A DNA stretch of 64,000 nucleotides from Anaerofustis sp. (GTDB taxonomy: Bacteria > Bacillota > Clostridia > Eubacteriales > Anaerofustaceae). The position numbers and the translations under genes are program-made. The stretch is from the NCBI GenBank assembly GCA_041447245.1, contig JBGMEA010000012.1, positions 282,297 through 346,296 of the forward strand, read 5' to 3'. Below, piece by piece: positions 40,202 to 50,839 of this stretch (positions are counted from its first letter, which is position 1; every line of letters begins with the position of its first letter). The notes under the pieces were generated by a model that saw only the letters and a program-made list of their open reading frames with translations, ran no database searches and was not told the DNA's origin.

Positions 40202-40299
40202 ATGCCCCATAGTGTAAGAGCGCACAGAGGAATGTCGAATCCCTTTAATGTAAAAAAGAACTCGAAATACAGAGAGTCCGACAGGAGATGGACCTCCAT

Positions 40300-41304
40300 T
40301 CAGTCTATGCTTCCCGTGCGGATCAGTTCGCAGAATGCTTCCGCAAACTCCGGGTCGAACTGCGTGCCTTCATTGCGCCTGATTTCGTTCACACACTGAT
40401 CCACAGAAAGCCCGCTGCGGTAAGGACGGTTTGACCTCATTGCGTCATAGCTGTCGGCCAATGTGATGATTCTGGCTCCCAAAGGGATATCTTCGCCTTC
40501 CAGTCGATCGGGATATCCTTTGCCGTCGTAGCGTTCATGGTGATGCCGGATGGCGGGCGTGATACGATTTCCCGGGTCGATTTTTTTTACCAGATTGGAT
40601 GCAATGGCAGGATGATTCTTGATTACTTCGAATTCTTCTGCGCTCAGGTGTTCCGGTTTTGTGATGATATGTTCCGGGATGCAGACTTTTCCGATATCAT
40701 GGAGCTTTGCCGCAAATTCGATGTCGTAATAAACATCCGTCAGACCGTATATATGTTCGTACAGCTTCATCGCAAATTTAGCCACGCGTTTGGAGTGCCC
40801 GTCGGTATAGACATCTTTCGCTTCCATCACATCGCTGAGCGTTTCCATTGCAGCCAGCAGAATATTCTGATATTGAGCCTGCAGATTCGCGATTGCTATT
40901 TCCTGGTTGCGGGCTTCCAAGACTCTTTTTTCTTCCGACTCCCGTTCCTTGGTGATATCCCGCGAAATCACCGCCATACCGCAGAACGATTTTTTTTCGT
41001 CATAAAGCGGTGCGTAGGTATTCTGATAGACTTTTGCATTGATTTTATCGAATACCGTGCGATGAAAATCCGCATTCGGCGTTTCTTTGATATGTGCGAA
41101 AGCGCGAGCTACCTTTTCGCGGCTTTCTTCCTTATGGCAGTTCAGAATGTTTTGTCCGATTTTTTCATCTTTTCTGATGTTTCGGATATGTTCTGCAGCC
41201 GGATTGACATAAAGGATGTCTCCGTTTTCATCGGACAGGATAATGCCTTCCGGGAGATATTCCAGCAGCAGTTCACTCAGCGAGTCAATCGTATACTTCC
41301 CCAT
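40300..41304 (-). CDS. PAS-domain HD-GYP phosphodiesterase
   Basis: PAS-like N-terminus, HD-GYP core (HDIGK...HHERYDGKGYP). Confidence 0.75.
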   Translation of the reverse strand: MGKYTIDSLSELLLEYLPEGIILSDENGDILYVNPAAEHIRNIRKDEKIGQNILNCHKEESREKVARAFAHIKETPNADFHRTVFDKINAKVYQNTYAPLYDEKKSFCGMAVISRDITKERESEEKRVLEARNQEIAIANLQAQYQNILLAAMETLSDVMEAKDVYTDGHSKRVAKFAMKLYEHIYGLTDVYYDIEFAAKLHDIGKVCIPEHIITKPEHLSAEEFEVIKNHPAIASNLVKKIDPGNRITPAIRHHHERYDGKGYPDRLEGEDIPLGARIITLADSYDAMRSNRPYRSGLSVDQCVNEIRRNEGTQFDPEFAEAFCELIRTGSID

Positions 41305-41505
41305 GTCCCAGACCTCGGTTCTCCGTAGAATAATTATATTATATCATATATATTCAAATGTGCAAGTGTGCAGACAGGGAAGGCGTTTCTTCGCAAAAAA
41401 ACAATCAGCCCGGAATTGGATTCCGAGCTGATGAAATTTGTTGGTTGCATGGGTAAGCGTATCGTTCATACGGTTAACGGAAAGAATCGTGCCCTGTTTC
41501 GAAAT

Positions 41506-41943
41506 TCATCGTTTCTTTGCGAAAAACGTTTTCACAAGTTCGGAACATTCCTGTTCCATGATCCCGCCGTAAACTTCGATGTTTTTTGCGTAGGGATGAC
41601 TCATCAGATTATCATTGCCGCCGCAGGCGCCGTATGTGAAATCACTGCAGCCGAACACGACCTTGCTGATTTTTGCATTGATGATCGCACCCGTACACAT
41701 GGGGCAGGGCTCCATCGTAACGTACAACTCGCATCCGTTCAGATTGGCGGAATGTCTGACATTGCATGCTTCCCGAATGGCCAGCATTTCCGCATGCGCC
41801 GTAGCATCCTGCTGCGCGACATTGCGGTTATGTGTTTTGGCAATTACCGCTCCGTTATATACGATCACACAACCCACCGGCACTTCGTCTTCAAGAGCTG
41901 CTTTTGTGGCTTCCCGAATGGCTGTCTGCATGTATTGCTTCAT
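41506..41943 (-). CDS. tadA: tRNA-specific adenosine deaminase
   Basis: HAEMLAIREA...PCPMCTGAI CDA zinc motifs; 145 aa. Confidence 0.85.
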   Translation of the reverse strand: MKQYMQTAIREATKAALEDEVPVGCVIVYNGAVIAKTHNRNVAQQDATAHAEMLAIREACNVRHSANLNGCELYVTMEPCPMCTGAIINAKISKVVFGCSDFTYGACGGNDNLMSHPYAKNIEVYGGIMEQECSELVKTFFAKKR

Positions 41944-42123
41944 GATATCGTCCTTTCATCATGGATTTGATTTCGGCGATTTCCGATACAGATGCTTGAA
42001 TATGTGATACAATAAAAGCAATCTGAATTGGTATTGTAAGAGTTGAACAGACAAATTGACATTTTATATTGAATACCAAACAGTATATCACAATTGCCAG
42101 ATCAAATCAACAGGAGTACCATC

Positions 42124-43608
42124 ATGCAAACAATAGATCAGCTCCAGAACGGATCCGACATTCGTGGCGTGGCGCTTGCCTCGAAAGACAGCGAACCGGT
42201 CAATCTGACTCCGGAGATCGCCGGACGCATTGCTGCGGCTTTTGTTTACTGGCTGAAAGAATCAAAGCGTATCGTTTCTCCCAGGGTGTGTATCGGGCGG
42301 GACAGCCGACTTTCCGGTGAGGCTCTTTCTGACGGAATTGTTCGAGGTCTTCGTTCTCAATCTGCACAAGTGTTCGATTTCGGACTGGCTTCCACCCCGG
42401 CGATGTTTGTATGTACAAAACCGGAAACACTCAATGCCGACGGCGCCATTATGATTACCGCCAGTCATCTTCCGTTCAATCGCAACGGCATGAAATTCTT
42501 CGTAAAAGAAGGCGGATTGGACAAGAGCGAGATTAAACAAATACTCAAATTTGTAGAAATTTTACAATCGAACAATTATGTTGATAATTCATTTCGAAAA
42601 TTGGATTACATGTCTGCCTATGCAGAAAGTCTGGTGACCTATATTCGTGAAAAAACGGCTGAAACAAAGCCTTTGAGCGGATTTCACATTCTTGTCGATG
42701 CAGGAAACGGTTCCGGCGGTTTTTTCGTGGATAAGGTGTTGATAACTTTAGGTGCGGATACATCCGGCAGTGTATATCTTGATCCGGACGGACGGTTTCC
42801 GAATCATGTACCGAACCCGGAAAATGTAGAAATCATGCGTGATTTCGGTAAAATCGTCGTAAAAGAAAAAGCGGATTTGGGTATCATGTTTGACACGGAT
42901 GTGGATCGCGCAGCGCTCGTCGATTTCGACGGCACTCCGATTGCACGCAATCGGCTCATTGCTCTGATCAGCGAAAACATTTTGTTCGAATACCCGGGCA
43001 GCACGATCGTCACCGATTCCGTCACATCCGCTTCGCTCAAGCGATTCATTGAGTCGCGCGGGGGAGTGCATCACCGATTTCAGCGTGGCTACAACAACGT
43101 GATCAAAGAGGCCAAGCGTCTCAATGCGGCAGGGGTTGATTGTGCGCTGGCCATCGAGACGAGCGGACATTGCGCGCTGAGGGAAAATGATTTTCTCGAT
43201 GACGGTGCATTTTTGGTGATCAAGCTGTTGATTCTTTATACCCGGCTGCGCAAAGAAGGCAAAACGATCGCCGGGGTATTGTCCGACTATCGGGAAGCCG
43301 CGGAATCGTTGGAACTGCGTCCGAAATTTATTCGAGAAGATTTTAAAGGATACGGAGTGAAGCTGCTTGCCGATTTTGAGCAGTATGTCAAAAAAGTGCC
43401 CGGTTGGGAATTGGAACTTCCCAATTACGAAGGGGTGCGTGTCCGGTGCTCAAAAGATGCGGGTGACGGATGGGCACTGATGCGCCTGAGCCTTCACGAT
43501 CCGGAACTGCCGATCAATATCGAATCGGATGCCATCGGCGGAGCACAAATAATCAAAGATAAGATCATCGCGTTTTTGTCTCATTACGACGTGATGTTGC
43601 CGGAATAA
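42124..43608 (+). CDS. alpha-D-phosphohexomutase family protein (phosphoglucomutase/phosphomannomutase)
   Basis: SDIRGVAL, active-site loop ITASHLPFNRNG, Mg-binding FDTDVDR. Start MQTIDQL after AGGAGTACCATC. Confidence 0.75.
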   Translation: MQTIDQLQNGSDIRGVALASKDSEPVNLTPEIAGRIAAAFVYWLKESKRIVSPRVCIGRDSRLSGEALSDGIVRGLRSQSAQVFDFGLASTPAMFVCTKPETLNADGAIMITASHLPFNRNGMKFFVKEGGLDKSEIKQILKFVEILQSNNYVDNSFRKLDYMSAYAESLVTYIREKTAETKPLSGFHILVDAGNGSGGFFVDKVLITLGADTSGSVYLDPDGRFPNHVPNPENVEIMRDFGKIVVKEKADLGIMFDTDVDRAALVDFDGTPIARNRLIALISENILFEYPGSTIVTDSVTSASLKRFIESRGGVHHRFQRGYNNVIKEAKRLNAAGVDCALAIETSGHCALRENDFLDDGAFLVIKLLILYTRLRKEGKTIAGVLSDYREAAESLELRPKFIREDFKGYGVKLLADFEQYVKKVPGWELELPNYEGVRVRCSKDAGDGWALMRLSLHDPELPINIESDAIGGAQIIKDKIIAFLSHYDVMLPE

Positions 43609-43635
43609 AACAATCTGTTATATAAGGAGGAAAAG

Positions 43636-46395
43636 ATGAAAGAAAAACCGAGGCGAAAGTTCGTCGGCACGGGATTGAAAATCGTTATTTTGATTGTCAT
43701 TCTCGCAGTCGCTGCTTTTGTCGGGCTCAATGAGTTTTATATCAATATTCTTTGGTTTCGGGAAGTCGGGTATCTCCAGGTATTCCTGAAATCGCTGACA
43801 ACGCAGCTTACCATGGGGGTGCCGCTCTTTTTGGTTCTGTTCCTTATTTTGAGTGTGTATTATAAGCTTTTGACCCGCAGCGGAGGAAAGACCAATCTGG
43901 TGGAGGCGGAAGGATCAAAAAAACGATTTGTGCGGGGGAAGCTTCCTTATCTGCTTTCCGCAGGCGTGTCTTTGTTTTCGAGCATTCTGATTACGTCAGA
44001 TCTGTGGTATAAATGGCTCGAGTTCCGCAACAGTGTGCCGTTCAATGAAGCCGATCCGATTTTCGGTCGGGATGTTTCGTTTTATGTGTTTCGGCTTCCG
44101 TTCTATCAGGGGCTGCTGTCCGTCGGATATACATTGCTGTTTATTCTCGCCGCATCCACTGTGCTGTATTCTTTTTTGGTGATAGCGGTAAAAAATCGTG
44201 AAGTCAAACAAATTGATCTGCAGGGAATTCAGGTGAAGGGATTTTTCTCCCAACTGTGGTCGACATTTCGGGTGCAGCTGAGTATCTTTGCGGCGGTCTT
44301 CTTTGTGATGCTCGCCATGAGCATGTATCTGAAACGGTTCACATACCTTTACGATGCGAGCGGCATCGTGTATGGTGCGACTTATACCGACGCGCATATA
44401 CTGATTCCGTTTTATCTGATCATGGCAGGGTTATGCCTGTTGGCTGCACTGTCTACCCTTTATTTCGGGCTGACGAAAAAAATCAAGCCGTTCCTGATTA
44501 CCGCAGCTGTGCTGATCGTCGTGAATCTGGGAGGAGTATTGGTCGGCGGTATCGTGCAGAATTATGTGGTTTCCCCGAATGAATATTCCAAGGAATCCGA
44601 ATATATCGGCTATCATATCGAAAACACGCAAAAGGCATACAATATCAACGATGTGGAAGTCAAGGAGTACGATGTACAGGAAGATATCACTTCTGCGGAT
44701 ATCATGAACAATCTCACAACAATCAACAATATTCCCGTGAATGATTATCTTCCGGCCATCGATACTTACAATTCCATTCAGGGCATCCGTCCGTATTACC
44801 AGTTTACGGACGTGGATGTGGATCGGTATTATCTGAACGGTACGTATACGGAGGTCTTCATTTCGGCACGAGAAATGAATAATTCGCTGTTGGATTCTTC
44901 CGCTCAGACATGGATCAATCTGCATCTGAAATATACGCACGGCTTTGGTGTCGTGGTTTCCCCCGTCAATGCGGTTACGGCGACGGGGCAGCCGGTGCTG
45001 ATTTCTCAGGATATTCCGGCAAAGACCTCCTATCCGAATCTGAGTGTGGATCAGGAGCGGATTTATTTCGGTGAAATGACCGACACTTACGCTGTTGTGA
45101 ACACCAAAACGAATGAATTCGATTATCCGTCCGGTGACGACAACATGGAAAATCAATATGAAGGAACCGCCGGAATTCCGCTGACATTTTTCAATCGTAT
45201 TTCTTTTTCCATGAGCAATGCCACATTGAAATTCTTGCTTTCGTCGGACGTTACAAACGACAGCAAGATCATCATCAATCGCAATGTGATGCAGCGTGTG
45301 GAAAAAATCGCTCCGTTCCTGACATATGACGATGATCCGTATCTGGTTTCGGCGGACGGAAAACTTTACTGGATTATCGACGCGCTGACGACGACCGACA
45401 AATATCCATATTCCGAACCGACTTCCGACGGGTACAATTATATCCGCAACTCGGTGAAGATCGTCATCGATGCCTACAACGGGGATGTGACGTACTATCT
45501 GGTCGACCCCACCGATCCGATCGCTGCATCTTACGCGAAGATTTATCCCGATCTGTTTCGATCGTTCGATGAAATGCCGACCGAAATCAAAGCTCATCTG
45601 CGTTATTCCGAAGACCTGTTCAGCGTGCAGGCGCAGATGTACGCAACATATCATATGAGCAACACCACCGTATTTTACAACAAAGAAGATGTGTGGAATA
45701 TTGCGACGCAATATTATCAGACCAGCAATCAGGCAAGCAGTGTGAATCCGACTTATCTGATCATGAAACTGCCGGACAGACAGGAAGAATTTTTGCTGAT
45801 TATTCCTTACACTCCGCAGAATAAGGACAATATGGTAGGGTGGATGGCGGGCGTCTGCGACGGTGACGATTACGGGAAATTGATTGTGTACAAATTCGGG
45901 AAAAGCAATCTGGTATACGGGCCGATGCAGATTGAGCAGCGAATCGATCAGGACACGACGATTTCTCCCCAGCTGACTCTGCTCAGTCAGCAGGGATCGA
46001 CCGTGCTGCGCGGAAATCTGATGACGATTCCGATCGGCGATTCGATTCTTTATATCGAACCGATTTACGTCAAATCCAGCGGCAGCGACAGCAGTATTCC
46101 CGAAGCAAAAAAAGTGATCGTCGGATATGCCGATAAACTCGTAATGTCGGATACCATCGACGAAGCGCTTTCCCAGATTTTCAATTTGGACGAAGGGAGC
46201 ACCACCGGAAGCGCTTCCGGCGGCAGCGGCAGTTCCGGTTCTTCCTCAGACGGTACTGCGGCAGAACTTTCCGCACAGGCGTTGGATTTGTACAACAAAG
46301 CCATTGCGGCTTCTTCGGCAGGGGACTGGACGAATTACGGCATATACCTTCAACAGCTTGGAGACGTGTTGGCTCAGCTGCAGGCTTTGCAATAG
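43636..46395 (+). CDS. UPF0182-family large membrane protein
   Basis: 919 aa. N-terminal multi-TM region with ILWFREVGY, large extracytoplasmic domain, C-terminal Gly/Ser-rich linker. Family assignment is from memory. Confidence 0.55.
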   Translation: MKEKPRRKFVGTGLKIVILIVILAVAAFVGLNEFYINILWFREVGYLQVFLKSLTTQLTMGVPLFLVLFLILSVYYKLLTRSGGKTNLVEAEGSKKRFVRGKLPYLLSAGVSLFSSILITSDLWYKWLEFRNSVPFNEADPIFGRDVSFYVFRLPFYQGLLSVGYTLLFILAASTVLYSFLVIAVKNREVKQIDLQGIQVKGFFSQLWSTFRVQLSIFAAVFFVMLAMSMYLKRFTYLYDASGIVYGATYTDAHILIPFYLIMAGLCLLAALSTLYFGLTKKIKPFLITAAVLIVVNLGGVLVGGIVQNYVVSPNEYSKESEYIGYHIENTQKAYNINDVEVKEYDVQEDITSADIMNNLTTINNIPVNDYLPAIDTYNSIQGIRPYYQFTDVDVDRYYLNGTYTEVFISAREMNNSLLDSSAQTWINLHLKYTHGFGVVVSPVNAVTATGQPVLISQDIPAKTSYPNLSVDQERIYFGEMTDTYAVVNTKTNEFDYPSGDDNMENQYEGTAGIPLTFFNRISFSMSNATLKFLLSSDVTNDSKIIINRNVMQRVEKIAPFLTYDDDPYLVSADGKLYWIIDALTTTDKYPYSEPTSDGYNYIRNSVKIVIDAYNGDVTYYLVDPTDPIAASYAKIYPDLFRSFDEMPTEIKAHLRYSEDLFSVQAQMYATYHMSNTTVFYNKEDVWNIATQYYQTSNQASSVNPTYLIMKLPDRQEEFLLIIPYTPQNKDNMVGWMAGVCDGDDYGKLIVYKFGKSNLVYGPMQIEQRIDQDTTISPQLTLLSQQGSTVLRGNLMTIPIGDSILYIEPIYVKSSGSDSSIPEAKKVIVGYADKLVMSDTIDEALSQIFNLDEGSTTGSASGGSGSSGSSSDGTAAELSAQALDLYNKAIAASSAGDWTNYGIYLQQLGDVLAQLQALQ

Positions 46396-46419
46396 CCTTA
46401 TGTATGCTCATCCATTTTA

Positions 46420-46455
46420 AAAAAAGGAGCGGAATCTTCCGCTTCTTTTCCTTTT
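46420..46455 (+). terminator. rho-independent terminator after UPF0182 gene
   Basis: agcgga-atct-tccgct then tcttttcctttt. Confidence 0.5.
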
Positions 46456-46520
46456 CATTGCTTGCCTGAGCAAACCTGTCATGTTACAATGACAGAAAAC
46501 CTTTTTGGAGAGATCCCATC

Positions 46521-47297
46521 ATGCAGATGTTTTATTTTTCCGGTACGGGAAATTCAAAGTATATTGCGGAATTATTTTGTGAAAAATATGATGCTTCATG
46601 TCATTCCATCGAAGAAGATATTGATTTTGCCGCTTTGATTTCGCGAACGGACACGATTGGATTCTGTTATCCCGTTTACGGTTCCTGTGTGCCCAGAATC
46701 ATGCGCGAATTTGTTACGGAGCATAAAGGATTGCTTTCCGAAAAAAAGCTGATTGTGTTTTGTACGCAGCTGATGTTTTCGGGAGACGGCGCGCGGGCGC
46801 TGACCGATCTGTTGGACGCTGACGCAAGGCGTCGTGTATTGTATGCCGAGCACTTCTTTATGCCGAACAATATCTGTAACTTTGCACTGTTTCGGATAAA
46901 AAACGGAGAGCAAAACAATGCGAAACTGCGCAAAGCGAACAAAAAAACAGATCGTGTCTGTCATGATCTGAAACGCGGGAAACGGGTTTTGAGAGGGTTT
47001 GGCGTGCTTTCCCATGTGATCGGGCTCTCACAGAGCAAATTTTTTCCTGCCATGGAATCAAACAGCCGCAATGATGTGAGCATTGATTCCGATTGCATCG
47101 CCTGCGGCATTTGCGCAAGGTTGTGCCCGATGCATAATCTGGAACTCACGGAACAGGGTGTTTCGCAGAAAGGAAACTGTACGCTTTGCTATCGCTGCGT
47201 CAATGCCTGCCCAAAGCAAGCGATTACCGTCTTGATCCATAAAAAACCGAATGTTCAGTATCTCGGGATCGGTACAATAAAAAAGCAGGAAGGATGA
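46521..47297 (+). CDS. EFR1-family flavodoxin-like / 2x[4Fe-4S] ferredoxin fusion protein (second copy)
   Basis: MQMFYFSGTGNSKY... and C-terminal CIACGICARLCP / CTLCYRCVNACP. Confidence 0.6.
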   Translation: MQMFYFSGTGNSKYIAELFCEKYDASCHSIEEDIDFAALISRTDTIGFCYPVYGSCVPRIMREFVTEHKGLLSEKKLIVFCTQLMFSGDGARALTDLLDADARRRVLYAEHFFMPNNICNFALFRIKNGEQNNAKLRKANKKTDRVCHDLKRGKRVLRGFGVLSHVIGLSQSKFFPAMESNSRNDVSIDSDCIACGICARLCPMHNLELTEQGVSQKGNCTLCYRCVNACPKQAITVLIHKKPNVQYLGIGTIKKQEG

Positions 47298-47607
47298 ACC
47301 GGTTAATTAATCGAAGTCAGAAGAAAGACAAACGTTATTCAAAGCCCTATACCGTTCAGAACTGTGTGGGGCTTTGATCATTCAGATCATACGAAAGACG
47401 TTCGTGATAGGAATGCTTTCACTCGATTGCTAATTCTGCCATAAGTCTTTGTCCGACAGTTGCATCAATCTGCCTTTTGAGCTTGGAGAGGGGTTGACTT
47501 TCGATTTTCTCCTGCCTTTGCCGTTCCGCTTCAGCCTCAGCGCTGCACAAGTTTTCAACGTACATTCGAGCATCTTATGCTCTCTTTATGCTGATTCTGT
47601 GTATTTA

Positions 47608-48243
47608 TTACGATAGAACCTTTGTAATTTGCTCGATGTCTTGTCTGGTCAATCGGTTGCGACCTGGTGTATGGATCACTCGGTCGATGTCCGATCTGCC
47701 TGACAGGATGTATTCGCTGACTACGGGGCTGTTACCGTTAAGCAGAATGGCGTAACCGTCAACCCAGACGCTTATAGCGTAGTAGTCCAAATACATGGCA
47801 AGCACATATACCTGCCGCTTTACCTGCTTGATCGGGTTTTTTACCTTCTTTGAATAGGTGTTGTCGGCATCTGTGGTATGGGTCTTTATCCACTCATAAT
47901 CATCTTCATTGCCACTGAGCCATCCGTTATAATTCTTGACCTCAATGATAAAAACGCCGTATTTGTTTACCACAACGTTGTCAAGCTCTGCCGGTTTATT
48001 CTCAAAGGAAATCCGAACATTCGTAAACATTCTGTCGTCTTGCCGGAGTACTGATCGAATCATATCTGCCGCTCTCTGTTCTCCGATGCGACCCACTATT
48101 CTTTCGGGCGTCTCTGGTATCCAAGGTTGGCTCGGATATCGAGGTTGATGCAGATCTCGATGTTTCCTTGATGAAACAGATTTGGCAATATTGACTATGA
48201 TAATCATCAGAATGATGATTGCTGCAATTACTATGGCTATCAA
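47608..48243 (-). CDS. NERD (nuclease-related domain) protein with N-terminal TM anchor
   Basis: GEQRAADMIRSVL...VVVNKYGVFIIEVKNYNGWLSG matches the NERD pattern. AT-rich codon usage. Confidence 0.6.
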   Translation of the reverse strand: MIAIVIAAIIILMIIIVNIAKSVSSRKHRDLHQPRYPSQPWIPETPERIVGRIGEQRAADMIRSVLRQDDRMFTNVRISFENKPAELDNVVVNKYGVFIIEVKNYNGWLSGNEDDYEWIKTHTTDADNTYSKKVKNPIKQVKRQVYVLAMYLDYYAISVWVDGYAILLNGNSPVVSEYILSGRSDIDRVIHTPGRNRLTRQDIEQITKVLS

Positions 48244-48875
48244 CTCATTACCCCCTCAACGCGATTAAGCTACTTGACCCTTTCCATTCAAGTCTTTGCT
48301 GAATCCAATATAAAAGACACGTTCTCTTTTCGCAACGACACCATATTCTTTTGCTTTTAAAAAGTTTGAGACAACAGTCTCTTGCGTTAAAAATGGCATT
48401 TGACGCGTTATTCTTATCTTGGATGATCCCACCATACTGCCGTCTCTCATGCATAGATATGGCATTATTTTACTATTCATCCCGTAATTTTTCAAGAGAT
48501 GACGCTGCATGTCAGGAATTGCTTACAAAATAAAAGCACCTCAAATCTTTAGATTGAGCGCTTTGAAATAGCCTGATAGTGAATGTTAAGCCTTGACTAT
48601 CCTCTCAAATTATTCAAGTTCTTAATGAAGAATCAGGAGAAACTGATTCCCCTGATCTTGTGTAAAAATGTCAGGGCTTGTTAATATGATTTCGTAATCG
48701 CATCGTTTATGGTACCGTAGGTTCAGTTTGCGTCTTCTCCTCTTGAGCGAGCTGCCCGAGTGTGTGAGGCTACAACAGGTGCGGTGTTACGATTCTCAGA
48801 TTCTCTTTTTTACTGCATTTGCGGAATTTCTATCCTTTGCTTGTTCTATCTTTTTCTTTTCTTTCCTGTATAATC

Positions 48876-48910
48876 AAAAAAGCAGACATGTCTTTTTTAT
48901 GTCTGCTTTT
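48876..48910 (-). terminator. rho-independent terminator downstream of CobW-family operon
   Basis: Minus strand: gcagacat...atgtctgc followed by tttttt. Confidence 0.55.
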
Positions 48911-48952
48911 AGTTTACTTGTTCAATAACTGATTCCTCCCGCTTTTTGGGTC

Positions 48953-49417
48953 TCATTGTTTCAATATGCCAAACGTTTGCTGCATGATTGACTGCAACTG
49001 CTGCGGCGTGATGCCGAACACGATGGCGACTCCTTCGATCTTTGCGCCGCTTCCTTGAAGTATGCGCCTGTTTGCATCCGTATCGGTTACGGATAGGATA
49101 CAGCTGTCGCTTTCTTCTTTTACGATTGCTTTAATATGTCCGATCAGTCCTCCGAATTCGTTGACGCGAGAAGCGATTTGCTCCAGTAGTTTTCCTGTTG
49201 ATTCCTGCGCATCGTTGAAAGATTTTTCCGTTTTCAGACGGTACGAGCCAACCACGGAGGAATCATGCGTGGTGACGCTGATTGCAATTCCGTTTTCTTC
49301 GGTGTCCAAATGTGCATGTTCGTGATGCCCGTGGTCGTTATGTTCTTGCGAATGTCCGAGTGGATCAGCAATCTCTTTCTGTACTTTAGGATGAGAGTGC
49401 TCCGAATGATTCATGCC
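48953..49417 (-). CDS. His-rich linker + CobW C-terminal-domain-like protein (second half of a split COG0523 metallochaperone)
   Basis: MNHSEHSHPKVQ...HSQEHNDHGHHEHAHLD His-rich region. ATG preceded by GGAGGTGCCGGC and overlapping the upstream TGA (ATGA). Confidence 0.5.
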   Translation of the reverse strand, partial: GMNHSEHSHPKVQKEIADPLGHSQEHNDHGHHEHAHLDTEENGIAISVTTHDSSVVGSYRLKTEKSFNDAQESTGKLLEQIASRVNEFGGLIGHIKAIVKEESDSCILSVTDTDANRRILQGSGAKIEGVAIVFGITPQQLQSIMQQTFGILKQ

Positions 49418-50023
49418 GGCACCTCCGTCGGCGTTTTCAGAATATACTGCCACAATTCGATCGGAATCTTCTCAGACGCGCAGATCGGAAAACGTTTTGC
49501 GCTCGGATTGAAGCCGGCAAGCGAATGGTCAACTTCATCCAGCGTTCTGTTGTCGACCAGGTCGATCTTGTTGACAAGGATCACATCCGCCTCCTTGAGC
49601 TGGTCGCCGATGAGCATCCCCATGGGGCGCAGCAGCCTTTGCCAACGCTGCGCATCCGCAACACAGATGATGCGGCTGTCGATTTTGAGCGAATATTGGA
49701 GATTTTCTTTGATATTGTGCGGATAGGCGATGCCGGTGGCTTCCATAATGATCCAATCGGGATTCATTTCACGCATGATATTGGAGACATTGACGATCAA
49801 TTCTCCCGACATCGTGCAGCAGACGCATCCGGAAAACATGGTTTCCACTTTGTATCCGTCACTTTTGAGGATTTGGTCGTCCACGCTGATTTCCCCGATT
49901 TCATTTTCCAGTATTGCAACTGTCGCTTTCGGTGCGTCTCCGTCTCCGATGAGGTATTTTGCCATCTGCAATACAATGCTTGTTTTGCCGGAACCGAGGA
50001 ACCCGCCCATAATAATCATATTC
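49411..50023 (-). CDS. CobW/HypB/UreG (G3E, COG0523) family GTPase domain protein
   Basis: MNMIIMGGFLGSGKTS P-loop, CxCC metal motif GCVCCT, ILVNKIDL G4 motif. Confidence 0.7.
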
Positions 50024-50215
50024 ATTGCATCGTTCTTCCTTTTTGCCGTATTATTACATCTATATAATAACAGCATACCCTGTTCTTTCGTGTGAATCAA
50101 TTATTTTTCAAAAATTAATCAACAAAAAACCTACCCGTTATTGTTGACAGATAGGTTCGGCTGACAATTTTATGAAGATGCCATCCTTTTGATACGATCT
50201 TGGCTGCAGTCAGGA

Positions 50216-50653
50216 TTATTTCAGAAATTCATCCAACAGTTCCGCGGCATATTCCACGTAAACCGCGCAGGGTTTTTTCTGATAAAATTCATTGTTTTGT
50301 TCGCCTTTGAGAAAACCATCCGCTTTGGACCAGCCTTCCAGATCTCTGCACACGAGCGAGCCGTATTTTTCGGTGAATTTATCGCCGAACGATTTGATGC
50401 GGGCATAGTGTTCTTTCTTTTCGTCCGGGGAGGATTTTTCGGTGAAACCGTATTTGATACCCAGCACCATAAATGCGCCGGAGAGTACGCCGCACACTTC
50501 TTTCATGCCGCCCATGCCTCCGCCGAACGAGGAGGAAAGTTTAGCGGCAGATGCTTCGTCCATGCCAGTCACATCCGTAAATGCGACGAAGACGGATTGC
50601 GCGCAGTTGAATCCTTTTTTGAAATTGTCGATGGCTTTTTGCTTGTGATCCAT
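50216..50653 (-). CDS. C_GCAxxG_C_C family putative redox-active protein
   Basis: Spaced Cys pattern FNCAQSV...VCGVLSGA...LVCRDL...PCAVY. Confidence 0.5.
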   Translation of the reverse strand: MDHKQKAIDNFKKGFNCAQSVFVAFTDVTGMDEASAAKLSSSFGGGMGGMKEVCGVLSGAFMVLGIKYGFTEKSSPDEKKEHYARIKSFGDKFTEKYGSLVCRDLEGWSKADGFLKGEQNNEFYQKKPCAVYVEYAAELLDEFLK

Positions 50654-50839
50654 TGCATAATTCCTTTCATCACGGTCTTTTTCTCCAATTATAGCACAAT
50701 TCTTTTTTCGGAGAACAAAAATCGGGAAGAAAAGAGCGGATAAAATCGAATATACAAAAAAATATTCATAAATTCTTTTTTGTCTGATATAATTAGCTTA
50801 GAAAGCTTCTTGTTTTACGATTGACGGGAGGTGAATCGT

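Noticed and set aside
40537-41328. 263-aa plus-strand ORF opposite the HD-GYP gene
   Set aside because: Antisense shadow; the HD-GYP motifs are on the minus strand.
44431-45711. 426-aa minus-strand ORF inside the UPF0182 gene
   Set aside because: Antisense to a long, well-supported membrane-protein gene. Cys/Arg/His-rich low-complexity translation.
48265-48510. 81-aa minus ORF and overlapping 68-aa ORF next to the NERD gene
   Set aside because: No RBS, mutually overlapping frames, no motifs. Interpreted as decayed sequence within the accessory patch.
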